In this document: piece after piece, positions 1-10,012 of the stretch
Layout: each line of letters begins with the position of its first letter
Position numbering within the stretch: the first letter of the stretch is position 1
Origin: Desulfomonilia bacterium
Lineage (GTDB): Bacteria > Desulfobacterota > Desulfomonilia > UBA1062
Assembly (NCBI GenBank): GCA_050014195.1
Contig: JBEKDT010000007.1
Coordinates: 32,001 to 96,000 of the forward strand
Length of the DNA stretch: 64,000 nt
Direction: 5' to 3'
Notes under the pieces: model-generated
Database searches by the model: none
Seen by the model: only the letters and a program-made list of their open reading frames with translations
Told to the model about the DNA's origin: nothing
Program-made: the position numbers and the translations under genes

Positions 1-88
1 TGGCGCTTTGATGATCCATGACAACGGCTAAGCCCACAGACAATCAAACAATTGCCGTTTTTTGATCTTACGCTAATATTCCCAGTAC

Positions 89-119
89 AAGCCCGGATCT
101 TTCCGGGCTTTCTTTTGTT
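89..119 (+). terminator. Rho-independent terminator
   Basis: AAGCCCGGA-TCTT-TCCGGGCTT hairpin followed by TCTTTTGTTT. Confidence 0.7.
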
Positions 120-257
120 TTCAACTACCCTCGCCATAATGGGGATATCCCTGAGATGACTTGTAATGACTTTATGATTGAATGATCAAAGTGCATTAAA
201 GGCTGTTCTCGTATAGGCCTTTTTTGCACTTTGATTCTTGATGGGTAGGGGATGTGC

Positions 258-686
258 TTACGCAACTATGTTTGGATTCCTTTTCTGGCGCTTCTCAAAA
301 CTGTCATCCTCGATGTGACCTGTTATCTGCATTATTTTCCTCAGGATCCTGACATCTTTCTGTTTCGTGATGAGTTTACTCCTTACCAGATCGAGGATAT
401 TTTCTTCGTCAGTATCAAGCATCTTTGACCAGCCTGTTGCTTGTTTTTCTATATAATTCCAATGCTTATTCAACTGTTTTCTTTTTACATCGATGTACTT
501 TGTGAGATCTTTTAATAGATCCGGCTTTTCCACTATTCTCCTTCCGTGTAAATATCTCATCTCGATTTCTTTGAGTATCTGCTTTGTCTTTACTTCCCAT
601 GATCCATTAATCCTTGAGTTCCATAGCCTAGTGTCGATGTAAGCCTCTAATTTTGACTTCTTCCGTGATGCGGGTTTTGGGTTCAT
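258..686 (-). CDS. Hypothetical basic protein (142 aa)
   Basis: ORF with GGAGG RBS upstream; no family recognised. Confidence 0.6.
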   Translation of the reverse strand: MNPKPASRKKSKLEAYIDTRLWNSRINGSWEVKTKQILKEIEMRYLHGRRIVEKPDLLKDLTKYIDVKRKQLNKHWNYIEKQATGWSKMLDTDEENILDLVRSKLITKQKDVRILRKIMQITGHIEDDSFEKRQKRNPNIVA

Positions 687-1599
687 TTTGCCTCCAGAAT
701 GTTCGATTTTTAAAAAAGGTTCTTTATAAAATAATAATAAATAGTATATATAATAAATAAGTAGTTGCTGTTCAAAATCATATTTTCACTCCCCATCTGT
801 TTTGGGATATATTTTGTCCCGAGCATCTGTAAAATATAATGTGACTGACTTTAAATCCGTGTCTTGTTTTTTGGGGTCCCTGATTTCAGCATATCCCTAT
901 TACGATCTGAAAATGGATTCGAGGTGATTGATGAAAAATATACGACCTAATTTTTTGTACCTTCATTATCGGCTCATCAATTTTCATCCTGGTCATGTGC
1001 ATTATTGCTCTTGTCTTCCATTCCTCTCCCGCCCCGCTGTTGTTGGTGTTTGTGAAGCCATAACAATGGATGCCCTGAAAAAACATACACCCATCCCAAG
1101 TGTTGAAATTGTATCAAAGAAAGATGTCTTGGGTATGTGCAGAGATTTATGATCTCATTGACCCCTTAAAATCCCCCAGGATCGTTTTTTAGGGTCAGAT
1201 AGAATTATAATAGAGTGCGATGCTCTGTGCAGGCACCTGCCAAGCATAGATCTTTATTTCATAATCTCTGGTCGAGCGTTTACTCATGGAACCGTAGGTT
1301 ATATTGCTTACTCTACACTTTGCCCAACCTATAGATTTGTAAACATAATCTCTGGTTGAGGGAGTGGAGATGTAGCCGATGATTTAGTGCAAAAATCATC
1401 GGTATTAGAAAAGTGATGATTATATTGCATAATCATCGCTTTAGCGCCTAGGCTTGACTGAGGCCGTCCGGCGACGACCTCAAATTTTGTTTGTAGTTCT
1501 GGCAAGGGCAGGGATTTCAACTCTTACTTCGCATTGAGCTTCGATCTGGGAGCCTGGGCTGATTGGTCTTGGTTTCCATAATTGGTATTCTTCTGTTTG

Positions 1600-2628
1600 T
1601 CATACCCATCTCTTTTCCATCTCGGCATTGTATTCGCCGCGGCGCGCAGCCTTGTTACACATGGCTCGATGATACAGAGCCTGCTGTGCCAGCAACACGT
1701 GGGCCTCATTGCCTTGCCAAATCTCTAAAGCCGGTTGCTGGATGGCACGGGCAAACGAAAAGGCCAATGCCCAAGGCAGTCGCGACTTGAATCTAACATT
1801 CATGGCATTCAACCGGGCTGAAGCCAGTTCACCGGATTGGCCGCCCGACAAGAACGCAATCCCCGGAACGGCAGCGGGAACGGCTCGCTTTAGACATCTC
1901 ACCGTGGCGTCGGCCACCTCGTCCACCGCTTCTTGCTTGGGGCAGGTCAATCCCGGAAGCACCATGTTTGGCTTCAGGATCATTCCCTCAAGCATCACCC
2001 GTTGTGTGTAAAGATGGTTGAAAACTGTTCGCAGGACTTCCTCCGTTACCTCGAAGCACCGCTCCAGGGTATGCTCGCCGTCCATGAGCACTTCCGGCTC
2101 GACGACCGAGACCAGTCCGGCTTCCTGACACAAGGCAGCATAGCGAGCTAACGCCTGCGCATTGGCCTCGATACAACCCCGACTGGGAATGCCATCGGTT
2201 ATGGTAATCACCGCGCGCCATTTGGCAAAACGGGCACCCATTTGAGAGTATTCAACCAGTCGGTCGCGCAATCCGTCCAGACCTTCGGATATTTTCTCTC
2301 CGGGATGACCGGCCATGTCCTTTGCACCGGTATCCACTTTGATGCCGGGAATGATTCCCGCATCGATGATGGCTTTAACAAAGGGAGTGCCATCTTTCTT
2401 CTGCTGGCGGATTGTTTCGTCATAGAGGATCGCACCACTAATGCACTCTCCGAGACCGAGCGTGGTCACAATCAACTCTCGATAGGCGCGCCGGGCCTCG
2501 ACGGTCTGGGGAATTCCCAACCTGGCAAATCGTTTGTTGCAGGTTGGAGTGCTTTCATCCATTGCTAGCAGGCCCTTGTCGCCTGCGACCAGCGTCCTCG
2601 CGGTGTTTATAAGCTCTTGTGCATTCAT
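1600..2628 (-). CDS. Fructose-bisphosphate aldolase, class I
   Basis: KGLLAMDES, GIKVDTG, FAKWR, VEPEVL, ILKPNMV, FLSGGQ, FSFARA motifs; start trimmed to MNAQ (ORF track begins at 2736). Confidence 0.95.
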   Translation of the reverse strand: MNAQELINTARTLVAGDKGLLAMDESTPTCNKRFARLGIPQTVEARRAYRELIVTTLGLGECISGAILYDETIRQQKKDGTPFVKAIIDAGIIPGIKVDTGAKDMAGHPGEKISEGLDGLRDRLVEYSQMGARFAKWRAVITITDGIPSRGCIEANAQALARYAALCQEAGLVSVVEPEVLMDGEHTLERCFEVTEEVLRTVFNHLYTQRVMLEGMILKPNMVLPGLTCPKQEAVDEVADATVRCLKRAVPAAVPGIAFLSGGQSGELASARLNAMNVRFKSRLPWALAFSFARAIQQPALEIWQGNEAHVLLAQQALYHRAMCNKAARRGEYNAEMEKRWV

Positions 2629-2637
2629 TTGGGGTAG

Positions 2638-2716
2638 CCTCACTTCCATGCCAGATTTCCGGCATGTCTTGGCCATGCTTGTCGATGTACTGCTTGTGCT
2701 CGATGAGCTTGTCCTG
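2638..2716 (-). pseudogene. 3' remnant of a phosphoketolase (xfp) gene
   Basis: Alternative frame reads QDKLIEHKQYIDKHGQDMPEI, the typical C-terminal signature of XFP phosphoketolases; the rest of the gene is absent. Confidence 0.75.
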
Positions 2717-2939
2717 CCAGTTAGATGACCTCTCATTAGTTTTTACTTATTTTATGATCATATTACACCCTCTTCAAGGGCTTTTCTAGGATCATCAAGC
2801 TGATAGATCTCAGGAAATCGTCAGGCCCAGTGAAGATGATAACCATGCGCTAGTAAAGATGTAAAAGTATGGCAGGGTATACCGAGCTGATAAAATCTCC
2901 GGTTGCATCCTGTTCGATCATGCCACATAAGAGGAAGAC

Positions 2940-4220
2940 ATGGATCTCACACATATCTTCTACCGGTTCGGGGTGGCGCTGACCATCGGATTTCTTATCG
3001 GTTTGCAGCGGGAATATGCATCCGAAAAGGAAGACGACCTCAAGGATTCGGAGCAGTTTCTTTTTGCAGGAGCCCGCACCTTTGCACTCATGGCGCTCTT
3101 TGGATGCACCTCGGCATTCATCGGGGAGATGGCAGGTTCGTACTGGGCTGCCATTGTCCCGATGGCAGTTCCCGGAGTGCTCATCACGGTTGCCTACGTC
3201 ATGAATGCCAGTCGCGGGAAGTTGGGCATGACCACCGAGATGGCCGCACTCATGACGATCCTCATCGGCGCCATGTGCTACTGGGATCACATTGTTCTGG
3301 CCACGGCTCTCGGGGTCGTCACCATGACACTCTTGTCCGTGAAGATGCAGACTCACAAGCTGGCCCACATGATATCCCGTGAAGATCTCTACGCCACCAT
3401 CAAGTTCGCCATCATCACGGCCATCATCCTGCCGATCCTACCGCAAACGGGATATGGCCCGGCTCCATTCAATGTTCTCATCCCATTCAACATCTGGCTC
3501 ATGGTTGTCTTTGTCTCAGGCATCAGCTTTTTCGGATATATTCTCATAAAGTTCATCGGGCCCGGACGCGGGGTCGGGCTGACAGGCCTGCTTGGCGGTT
3601 TCGTATCAAGCACGGCCGTAACCTTGAGCTTTTCGCAGCGTAGCCACAACTCGCAGCAGCTCTCACGGGCATTAGCCCTTGGGATCATGGCCGCATGGGC
3701 GGTGATGTTTCTTCGCATCATAGTCATTGCGGCCGTGCTCAACAGGAATCTGCTCACCTATCTGTGGATGCCCATGACCGTGGCACTGCTCGTCTCGGTT
3801 TGCTACTGCACATATCTCTTCGTGTACAGGAAGGACCAGGACTCGTCCGGCTTAGAGGATTTCAAGAACCCCTTTGACCTCATTCCGGCCATAACCTTCG
3901 GCCTGCTCTATGCGGTCATCCTGCTCTTGGCCCATTGGGCGCAGATCTACTTCGGGGAGGCAGGTGCATACGCCTCGGGCGTCTTGTCAGGCCTGGTGGA
4001 TGTTGATGCAATCACTGTATCCATGTCCGAACTCAGCTTACAGAGGACTGGCCTGGCTCCGGCAACAGCATCCCGCGCCATCGTCTTCGCTGCAGCCTCG
4101 AACACACTTATCAAGGGCTGCATCGTGCTCTTTACGGCAACGGCATCGCTGCGCAAGATAATACTTCCAGGTATGGTCCTCATCCTGGCAACTGCAGTCG
4201 GGGTGGCGATGCTCATCTGA
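2940..4220 (+). CDS. MgtC/SapB family membrane protein with DUF4010 domain
   Basis: LIGLQRE, FAGARTF, GMTTE, GGFVSSTAVT, GLVDVDA motifs; many TM segments. Confidence 0.9.
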   Translation: MDLTHIFYRFGVALTIGFLIGLQREYASEKEDDLKDSEQFLFAGARTFALMALFGCTSAFIGEMAGSYWAAIVPMAVPGVLITVAYVMNASRGKLGMTTEMAALMTILIGAMCYWDHIVLATALGVVTMTLLSVKMQTHKLAHMISREDLYATIKFAIITAIILPILPQTGYGPAPFNVLIPFNIWLMVVFVSGISFFGYILIKFIGPGRGVGLTGLLGGFVSSTAVTLSFSQRSHNSQQLSRALALGIMAAWAVMFLRIIVIAAVLNRNLLTYLWMPMTVALLVSVCYCTYLFVYRKDQDSSGLEDFKNPFDLIPAITFGLLYAVILLLAHWAQIYFGEAGAYASGVLSGLVDVDAITVSMSELSLQRTGLAPATASRAIVFAAASNTLIKGCIVLFTATASLRKIILPGMVLILATAVGVAMLI

Positions 4221-4430
4221 TCCTCTAGGACCAAACAGCAGAGAGAATAGGTATTGATTGTCAGACAAACCCTTGTCATTCTGGCAAGTTTAATGGTGCC
4301 CTTTAGGGTATTTTGTCATTTTGTTCCTGCCCATGTCCTGACAGGAGGCCTTTCTGCCAAAGTGGCAGTCTCAGAAAAAGTCGGCTGTTTATTATCCCCT
4401 GTTATAATTGAGTTATAAGTTGTCAGAACC

Positions 4431-4446
4431 TGGCATGCCCCTTGCT
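4431..4446 (+). promoter_or_regulatory. sigma54 (-24/-12) promoter
   Basis: TGGCATG-CCCC-TTGCT matches TGGCACG-N4-TTGC; about 50 bp upstream of the ATG at 4495. Confidence 0.8.
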
Positions 4447-4494
4447 TTAGGTAAGGTAGAAAGAAAAAAACAAACCCCAAGGGAGGGAATAACC

Positions 4495-4671
4495 ATGATG
4501 ACATTGTGGATCGTAATAGGCGCACTGTTCATAACCGGCATCGGCATCAGGTTCACCTACAAGGTATTGGGACTCACTCCGACAGAAGCAACCGCAGTGT
4601 TCGTCCTGGTGGTCACTCTGGTAACCATCAATACCGGCCCGGCACGTGAGATCCTCATGAACCTGTTCTAA
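4495..4671 (+). CDS. Small two-TM hypothetical membrane protein (58 aa)
   Basis: GGAGG RBS; hydrophobic segments; first gene after the sigma54 promoter. Confidence 0.7.
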   Translation: MMTLWIVIGALFITGIGIRFTYKVLGLTPTEATAVFVLVVTLVTINTGPAREILMNLF

Positions 4672-4709
4672 GGTAGGACAGGATAGAAAAACGGATTAGA
4701 AGGAAGGCC

Positions 4710-4946
4710 ATGAAACGGATCAAGAAAGTAAAGATCGAAAGGGCTAACAGACTGGTTCGGATCAGCGGCTACAGCTTAGTGCTCGTTACGATGACCTTCC
4801 TCGGACTCTACGGTGGCATGTATCTCGATAGGGTTCTCGGCATGGCACCAAATTTCACGCTGGTCGGTCTGGTGGCCGGCATCGTGCTGGGCTTCACGGG
4901 GTTCATCCATGAAGTCTTGATTGAGAGAAAGGAAAAGAAGGCTTAG
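4710..4946 (+). CDS. AtpZ/AtpI-family small membrane protein
   Basis: GLYGGMYLDRVLG..P.FTLVGL..G pattern typical of ATPase_gene1/AtpZ. Confidence 0.75.
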   Translation: MKRIKKVKIERANRLVRISGYSLVLVTMTFLGLYGGMYLDRVLGMAPNFTLVGLVAGIVLGFTGFIHEVLIERKEKKA

Positions 4947-4948
4947 CT

Positions 4949-5053
4949 ATGAAAATCATCTTCATCACTATCGGCATCATAGCATTCCTGGCCTTGGCAA
5001 TAAGGTTCCTGAATCGCTTGGGGCACGCTCCCAGAACAGTACATAGCCGGTAA
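4949..5053 (+). CDS. Small single-TM protein (34 aa, MKIIFITIGIIAFLALAIRF...)
   Basis: Starts 2 nt after the previous stop; hydrophobic N-terminus; below ORF-track cutoff. Confidence 0.45.
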   Translation: MKIIFITIGIIAFLALAIRFLNRLGHAPRTVHSR

Positions 5054-5216
5054 TTAATTAATCAACTACATCTCTTCTACGGTGTACTGCTCTCCTGGAA
5101 CTATCCATATCACACACCACGGCCCCCAATGGGTCGTGCTTTTTGTACAACTTCTCCAGCAAAAAAAAGCAACGAGCTGCCTGATATTGGCAACCCGCTT
5201 TCGTGATGCCGCTTCT

Positions 5217-7016
5217 TCAGGAGGCCCCTCCCATCAGTGCCTTGATCTCGTCGTGGTCGATCTTTTCCTTGTCCAGCAACAGACTCGCGCCTTTGGCAAG
5301 CACGTCCTTCCTCTGCTTAAGGATATCCATGGCGACTTTATACTGGGCAAAGACGATCTGCCGGATCTCTGTATCAATGGCCTGTGCCGTTGATTCGCTG
5401 TAATCGCCGCGATTATCCATGCCGAAGTCCATGAACTGTGAACGTCTGTCATGGGCGAGGTAAACCTGACCGAGCGAATCGCTCATGCCGTATTCCTTGA
5501 CCATGCTCTTTGCGATATCCGTTGCACGGGAAAGGTCGTTTTGCGCACCAGTGGATATATCGCCGAAGATGATCTCTTCCGCAGCCCTGCCGCCCAGCAG
5601 GGATGCAACCTTGTTCAGGAGCTCGGTTTTGCTCATGAGAAACCGGTCCTCTGTGGGCACCTGCATGGTGTAACCGAGTGCTGCAATACCCCGGGGGATG
5701 ATGGAGATCTTCTGGACCGGGTCAGTGCCGGGAAGGCTCATGGCGACTATTGCGTGGCCCATCTCATGGTGCGCGACTACGTCTCGCTCATGTGGATTGA
5801 TGACCCGGTTCTTCTTCTCGAGCCCACCGATGATACGTTCCACTGCCTCCTGGAACTCGCTCATGCCCACGAGCTTCTTGTTACGCCTGACCGCAAGCAG
5901 TGCCGCTTCGTTTGCGAGGTTCGCCAGGTCGGCTCCCACCATACCGGGTGTCATGGCTGCAAGCTTCTCAATATCGACATCGGGTTCGGTTTTGACCGTG
6001 CGCAGGTGAACCTTGAGGATGTCCTCCCTTCCCTTTTTATCGGGACGATCCACCAGGATATGGCGGTCGAACCTTCCCGGTCTGAGCAAGGCCGGGTCCA
6101 GGATCTCGGGCCTGTTGGTGGCTGCCATGAGGATGACCCCCACCTTCGAGTCGAAACCGTCCATCTCCACCAGGAGCTGGTTCAGCGTCTGCTCGCGTTC
6201 GTCATGGCCGCCCATGACTCCGCCAATCCCCCGCGCCTTGCCCAGGGCATCGAGCTCGTCGATAAATATGATGCAGGGGGCCTTCTCCTTGGCCTGGACA
6301 AAGAGGTCTCTCACCCGGGCGGCGCCAAGGCCCACGAACATCTCCACGAAGTCGGAACCGCTCATGCTGAAAAACGGCACACCGCTTTCCCCGGCCACGG
6401 CCTTTGCCAGCAGGGTCTTGCCGGTGCCCGGAGGCCCCACTAAAAGGATGCCCTTGGGGATCTTACCCCCGAGCTCGCCGAATTTGGCAGGGTGCTTGAG
6501 GAAGTCGATCACCTCCACGAGCTCCTGCTCCGCCTCATCCACGCCTGCTACATCGGTGAACCTCACATTGAGCTCGTTTTCCATATAGATCTTGGCCTTG
6601 TTCTTGCCGAGCGACATGAAACCCGGCTGCTGGGCCCCCATGCGCTTCATGAAAAAGTACCAAATCCCGATGAACAGGAATATAGGCAGCACCCAGGAGA
6701 TGATATCGCGCAGAAAGTTAGACTCGATCTCACCTTTGAATGTGACATTGTACTGCTCAAGCGTCTTCGAGAGCTCCTGATCGACCCGCACGGTTTTAAA
6801 TTCTTCAGTCTTTCCCTGAGAGTCCTTCATTTTCCCCTGGATCTTGTTCTGAGAGACGGCGATCTCGGTGACCTTGCCTGTCTTTAACAGCGTCATGAAC
6901 TGGCTGTAGGGTATGGTCTTCACTGCGAACATCGATGCTATGTAGCTCTGAATGATGATCACCACCCAGACCCCGATAAGTATGTAAAAAAAAGAAAATT
7001 TATGCTGTTTCTCCAA
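5217..7016 (-). CDS. ftsH: ATP-dependent zinc metalloprotease FtsH
   Basis: Two N-terminal TMs, Walker A GPPGTGKT, Walker B FIDELD, SRH, HEMGH zinc motif; TTG start. Confidence 0.97.
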   Translation of the reverse strand: MEKQHKFSFFYILIGVWVVIIIQSYIASMFAVKTIPYSQFMTLLKTGKVTEIAVSQNKIQGKMKDSQGKTEEFKTVRVDQELSKTLEQYNVTFKGEIESNFLRDIISWVLPIFLFIGIWYFFMKRMGAQQPGFMSLGKNKAKIYMENELNVRFTDVAGVDEAEQELVEVIDFLKHPAKFGELGGKIPKGILLVGPPGTGKTLLAKAVAGESGVPFFSMSGSDFVEMFVGLGAARVRDLFVQAKEKAPCIIFIDELDALGKARGIGGVMGGHDEREQTLNQLLVEMDGFDSKVGVILMAATNRPEILDPALLRPGRFDRHILVDRPDKKGREDILKVHLRTVKTEPDVDIEKLAAMTPGMVGADLANLANEAALLAVRRNKKLVGMSEFQEAVERIIGGLEKKNRVINPHERDVVAHHEMGHAIVAMSLPGTDPVQKISIIPRGIAALGYTMQVPTEDRFLMSKTELLNKVASLLGGRAAEEIIFGDISTGAQNDLSRATDIAKSMVKEYGMSDSLGQVYLAHDRRSQFMDFGMDNRGDYSESTAQAIDTEIRQIVFAQYKVAMDILKQRKDVLAKGASLLLDKEKIDHDEIKALMGGAS

Positions 7017-7210
7017 GTAGGATCCTCCCCTCCATCTATGGCTTATGGCGAAGTGAATAATACTATAGTTAAGTTCGCCGCTATCATCATGGCTTCCAGA
7101 AATCGGAATATTCTTAAGCGTATTGCCTGTCCGCTGAATTCCCGGCTTCTTTATTTAAAGAGCCGAGGAATTCTGTATGCCTCTTACAAGCCATTAAAAG
7201 CAATTACTTA

Positions 7211-8146
7211 CTATACTGCGGGAGCAAGCTTGCTCTTTCCAACTTTCTTGTACGAAGGAAGATTTGTATAGATCTCTTCTTTGAGCGGGTTGCGTTTGTA
7301 CTTAAGAACTGTATACACCTGGTAAACAAATACTGCGGCGTTGGAAGCCAGAGCGAGGCTGCTGACAACCCACAGAGCAGTTGCATTGTGTGATGACTTA
7401 ACAGCAAACATTGATGTATCGATGAAATTCGGAAAGGTCATGGCGAACATGCACCAGATGGCAAGGGTCTGGGCACGGTGCTGCAGCCAGGCACCAGTCC
7501 TGATGACGAAAGCGGGAATGGTACAAGAGATCAGAAGAGCTGCTCCGGCATAAAATGCGTGATCGGAAAGACAGTTGTACACATATGCGAAGTTCCAGAG
7601 ATCATATGCAATGATCCAGAACCAGAGCATATCAGGCCATAGCATATCTTTCTTCTTGTCGTTACTTATGAAAATTCCCTGCCAGCCGCAAATAGTGATG
7701 ATATTCAGAAGTCCGGCAATGCCGTTCATGACATTCCATGGACCGCTGAACATAAATACGCCGTCAACCATTCCTCGAGCATGCATGCCGAACACCTGGA
7801 AATCACGAGTACAGGCTTCCAGTATGTTGAGCGCGAGAATAAACGGAGGGAACATCAGGAGATATTTGTTTTTTGCCGCACCCTTGATATGACGAATGAC
7901 AAGGAAGCCAAGGCATCCGGCCAACGCCGAATACACCTTTGCCCAATGAAACCAATCGTTCATGCTGGTGCCTTCTCCGGCAGTGGTCGGCCATAAAGCA
8001 AATGTTAGAATAAGAGGCAGTACAAGAAAAATCAAAAGGGAACACCATTTGTTTAAACGGGCCAGTTCATTGACAAGCATCAAACCGCCAAGAACGGCGA
8101 ACCACATTAGGGCGGAGTACCATGGGATCGGTTGAAATAAAAACAT
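7211..8146 (-). CDS. DUF5692-family membrane protein
   Basis: WFHWAKVYSALAG, LNILEAC, YDLWNFAYVYNC, WLQHRAQTL motifs; start trimmed to MFLFQ. Confidence 0.8.
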   Translation of the reverse strand: MFLFQPIPWYSALMWFAVLGGLMLVNELARLNKWCSLLIFLVLPLILTFALWPTTAGEGTSMNDWFHWAKVYSALAGCLGFLVIRHIKGAAKNKYLLMFPPFILALNILEACTRDFQVFGMHARGMVDGVFMFSGPWNVMNGIAGLLNIITICGWQGIFISNDKKKDMLWPDMLWFWIIAYDLWNFAYVYNCLSDHAFYAGAALLISCTIPAFVIRTGAWLQHRAQTLAIWCMFAMTFPNFIDTSMFAVKSSHNATALWVVSSLALASNAAVFVYQVYTVLKYKRNPLKEEIYTNLPSYKKVGKSKLAPAV

Positions 8147-8198
8147 CGTAATAGCCTTCCTTTCAGAGGAAAATCTGCTGCCAAGATCGATCCTTCGA

Positions 8199-8588
8199 TC
8201 AGACGATGACCACCGGACAATGGGCATTGATGATCACGTGCTGGGCCACAGAGCCCAACAGGAACTTCTCAACCCTGGATTTCTTCTCGGTCCCGATAAC
8301 GATCTCGTCCACATGGTGCTCCTTGGCAAAGCGTATCACGTCATCGCCAGCATCGTTTCCTTTGATCAGTAGGTGCGTCTCGGCAACAATCTTCTCCTTT
8401 TCCAGGACGCCCTTGAGATATGCAAGATCGGTTTCCATTTTATCAATCTCATCAAGCTGCGGCTCTCCACCCTTGTGAAGGGAGCACACAATATCTACTG
8501 CGGCCTGAAAGGCCTTTGCATGCATTTTCACCAAAGGCAGGGCATCCTTGGCATACTCTGTCCCATCATAGTACATCAGTATTCTCAT
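8199..8588 (-). CDS. Universal stress protein
   Basis: ILMYYDGT...IVIG...LLGSVAQHVI..AHCPVVIV. Confidence 0.92.
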   Translation of the reverse strand: MRILMYYDGTEYAKDALPLVKMHAKAFQAAVDIVCSLHKGGEPQLDEIDKMETDLAYLKGVLEKEKIVAETHLLIKGNDAGDDVIRFAKEHHVDEIVIGTEKKSRVEKFLLGSVAQHVIINAHCPVVIV

Positions 8589-8679
8589 AGTCTGTTACTT
8601 CCTTTCTCCTGGCTGATCCGCAGTACATCATGCATCATGCGTCTCCCATGCCTCTCATAAGATCTGGCTCAGTATCCTT

Positions 8680-9180
8680 CTATTTCTTGAAGATCTTTTT
8701 CAGGAGCTGCTTTTCTTTTCCAGCATTCTCCACGGTCTTGCCCAATTCCTCCTGGTACCCGGTAACAAGGGCATGGATGATCCGGTCAAAGAACAGGTTC
8801 CCGTAGTAGTTAATCTCCAAGAGCTGGTTCAGGGTAAAACCGCTGTCTACCGCGATTTGGTCCCTGAGCTCATGCCAGATAGCCCTCTTGATGAGAAGAA
8901 AGACCATGACTACCTCGTCCAGCGGGATGCCTTCCATGCACCGGTGCGCACCCAAATCGGAATAGTAGGCGAACAAGGTGTTTTTGGGCTTGTTCTTGTT
9001 CAGCCAGTTTCCGAGCCTCACGTGCACATTGCGGATCACTTGGGCGATGCGCTCTTCAGTGACATCCTCTGAGAGCTCACGGTAATGCCTTGTCTCTTCC
9101 CTCTTCTGGATCTCCTGCTCAACGTTCTTCGTTATCTTCTCCGCATGGTTTTCAATGAGGGCCATGAATCGTTCGTACAT
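8680..9180 (-). CDS. Hypothetical helical protein (globin/RsbRD_N-like sensor candidate)
   Basis: YxxLGxxRxxEGIPLxEV motif; RBS; paralogue of 9208-9711. Confidence 0.75.
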   Translation of the reverse strand: MYERFMALIENHAEKITKNVEQEIQKREETRHYRELSEDVTEERIAQVIRNVHVRLGNWLNKNKPKNTLFAYYSDLGAHRCMEGIPLDEVVMVFLLIKRAIWHELRDQIAVDSGFTLNQLLEINYYGNLFFDRIIHALVTGYQEELGKTVENAGKEKQLLKKIFKK

Positions 9181-9207
9181 CGTTGATTCCTCCTTTCTCA
9201 GGTTTAA

Positions 9208-9711
9208 CTAATGATTGTATATGCTACCTGTCTTTTCGTTAGTCCTTCCTTGTTCGTCCTGATAGCCAATGACCGTAGAATGGATGATCTGATCAAAGAA
9301 CAGATTTACATAGAAATTGATCTCCAAGAGCTGATTGAGCGTTAAGCCAATGAACACCTCAGGCTCATTTTTAATTGCATCCAATATCTGTCTTTTGATC
9401 AGCATGATCAGCATGATAACCTCTTCAAGGGGTATGCCTTCCCTGCATCTCTGTGCACCTAGATCCGAATAATAGGCAAACATAGTATCCGAAGAATTCA
9501 TTTCCCATGTAATTCGCAATGTGTATGAAATACTAGGAAACTGGGTCAATAAGAACAAACCGAAAGACACCTCTTTCGAGATATCACGATCACGATAATG
9601 CCTGACTTCCTCTCTCTCTTGGATCTCCCGCATGAGATTTTTTGTTATCTTCTCAGAACCGTTTTCGATGAGCTTCATGAATCTTTCGTACATGACCTTT
9701 CCCCCCTTCAT
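9208..9711 (-). CDS. Paralogue of 8680-9180 carrying an internal 86-bp inversion
   Basis: N- and C-terminal parts align with the neighbour; the middle 28 aa align only when 9485-9570 is read on the + strand. Confidence 0.8.
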   Translation of the reverse strand: MKGGKVMYERFMKLIENGSEKITKNLMREIQEREEVRHYRDRDISKEVSFGLFLLTQFPSISYTLRITWEMNSSDTMFAYYSDLGAQRCREGIPLEEVIMLIMLIKRQILDAIKNEPEVFIGLTLNQLLEINFYVNLFFDQIIHSTVIGYQDEQGRTNEKTGSIYNH

Positions 9712-9730
9712 CTGTATGAGTTAGTTAAAA

Positions 9731-9746
9731 GGCATTATTTATGCCA
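9731..9746 (-). promoter_or_regulatory. sigma54 (-24/-12) promoter for the leftward operon
   Basis: Minus strand TGGCATA-AATA-ATGCC with correct GG/GC spacing. Confidence 0.7.
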
Positions 9747-9831
9747 AGACATAAACGATTTATAACTTATTAAAATGACGATTATATTTATCTTTCCTAT
9801 ATATCTACCAACCCTGAATGACCGGGCAATA

Positions 9832-9867
9832 TTTGAATTTTTACAAGGTTTCTTTGCAATTTTTTAA
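9832..9867 (-). promoter_or_regulatory. Paired enhancer (UAS) for a sigma54 activator
   Basis: TTAAAAAATTGCAAA-N6-TTGTAAAAATTCAAA, 121 bp upstream of the -24 motif; same layout as 12630-12665. Confidence 0.6.
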
Positions 9868-10012
9868 AAGATCAAACCATCAAGGGATTTTCTCATGATC
9901 TCATGATAATGTCAGGTCACCTTTTCCTCTACAAGGATGATAAGGCATCCTATTGGCAATTCTCAATAGCTTCCCTGCCAGGGTCGTATTATAATTATAA
10001 AAGATTATTAAG

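Noticed and set aside
5451-6887. Long antisense ORFs over ftsH (and similar ones over mgtA, msrAB and traA)
   Set aside because: Shadow frames of codon-biased genes with no motifs or RBS.
9943-9958. Possible sigma54 promoter for the histidine kinase (AGGCATCCTATTGGCA)
   Set aside because: GG/GC spacing fits but both boxes deviate from consensus; too weak to call.
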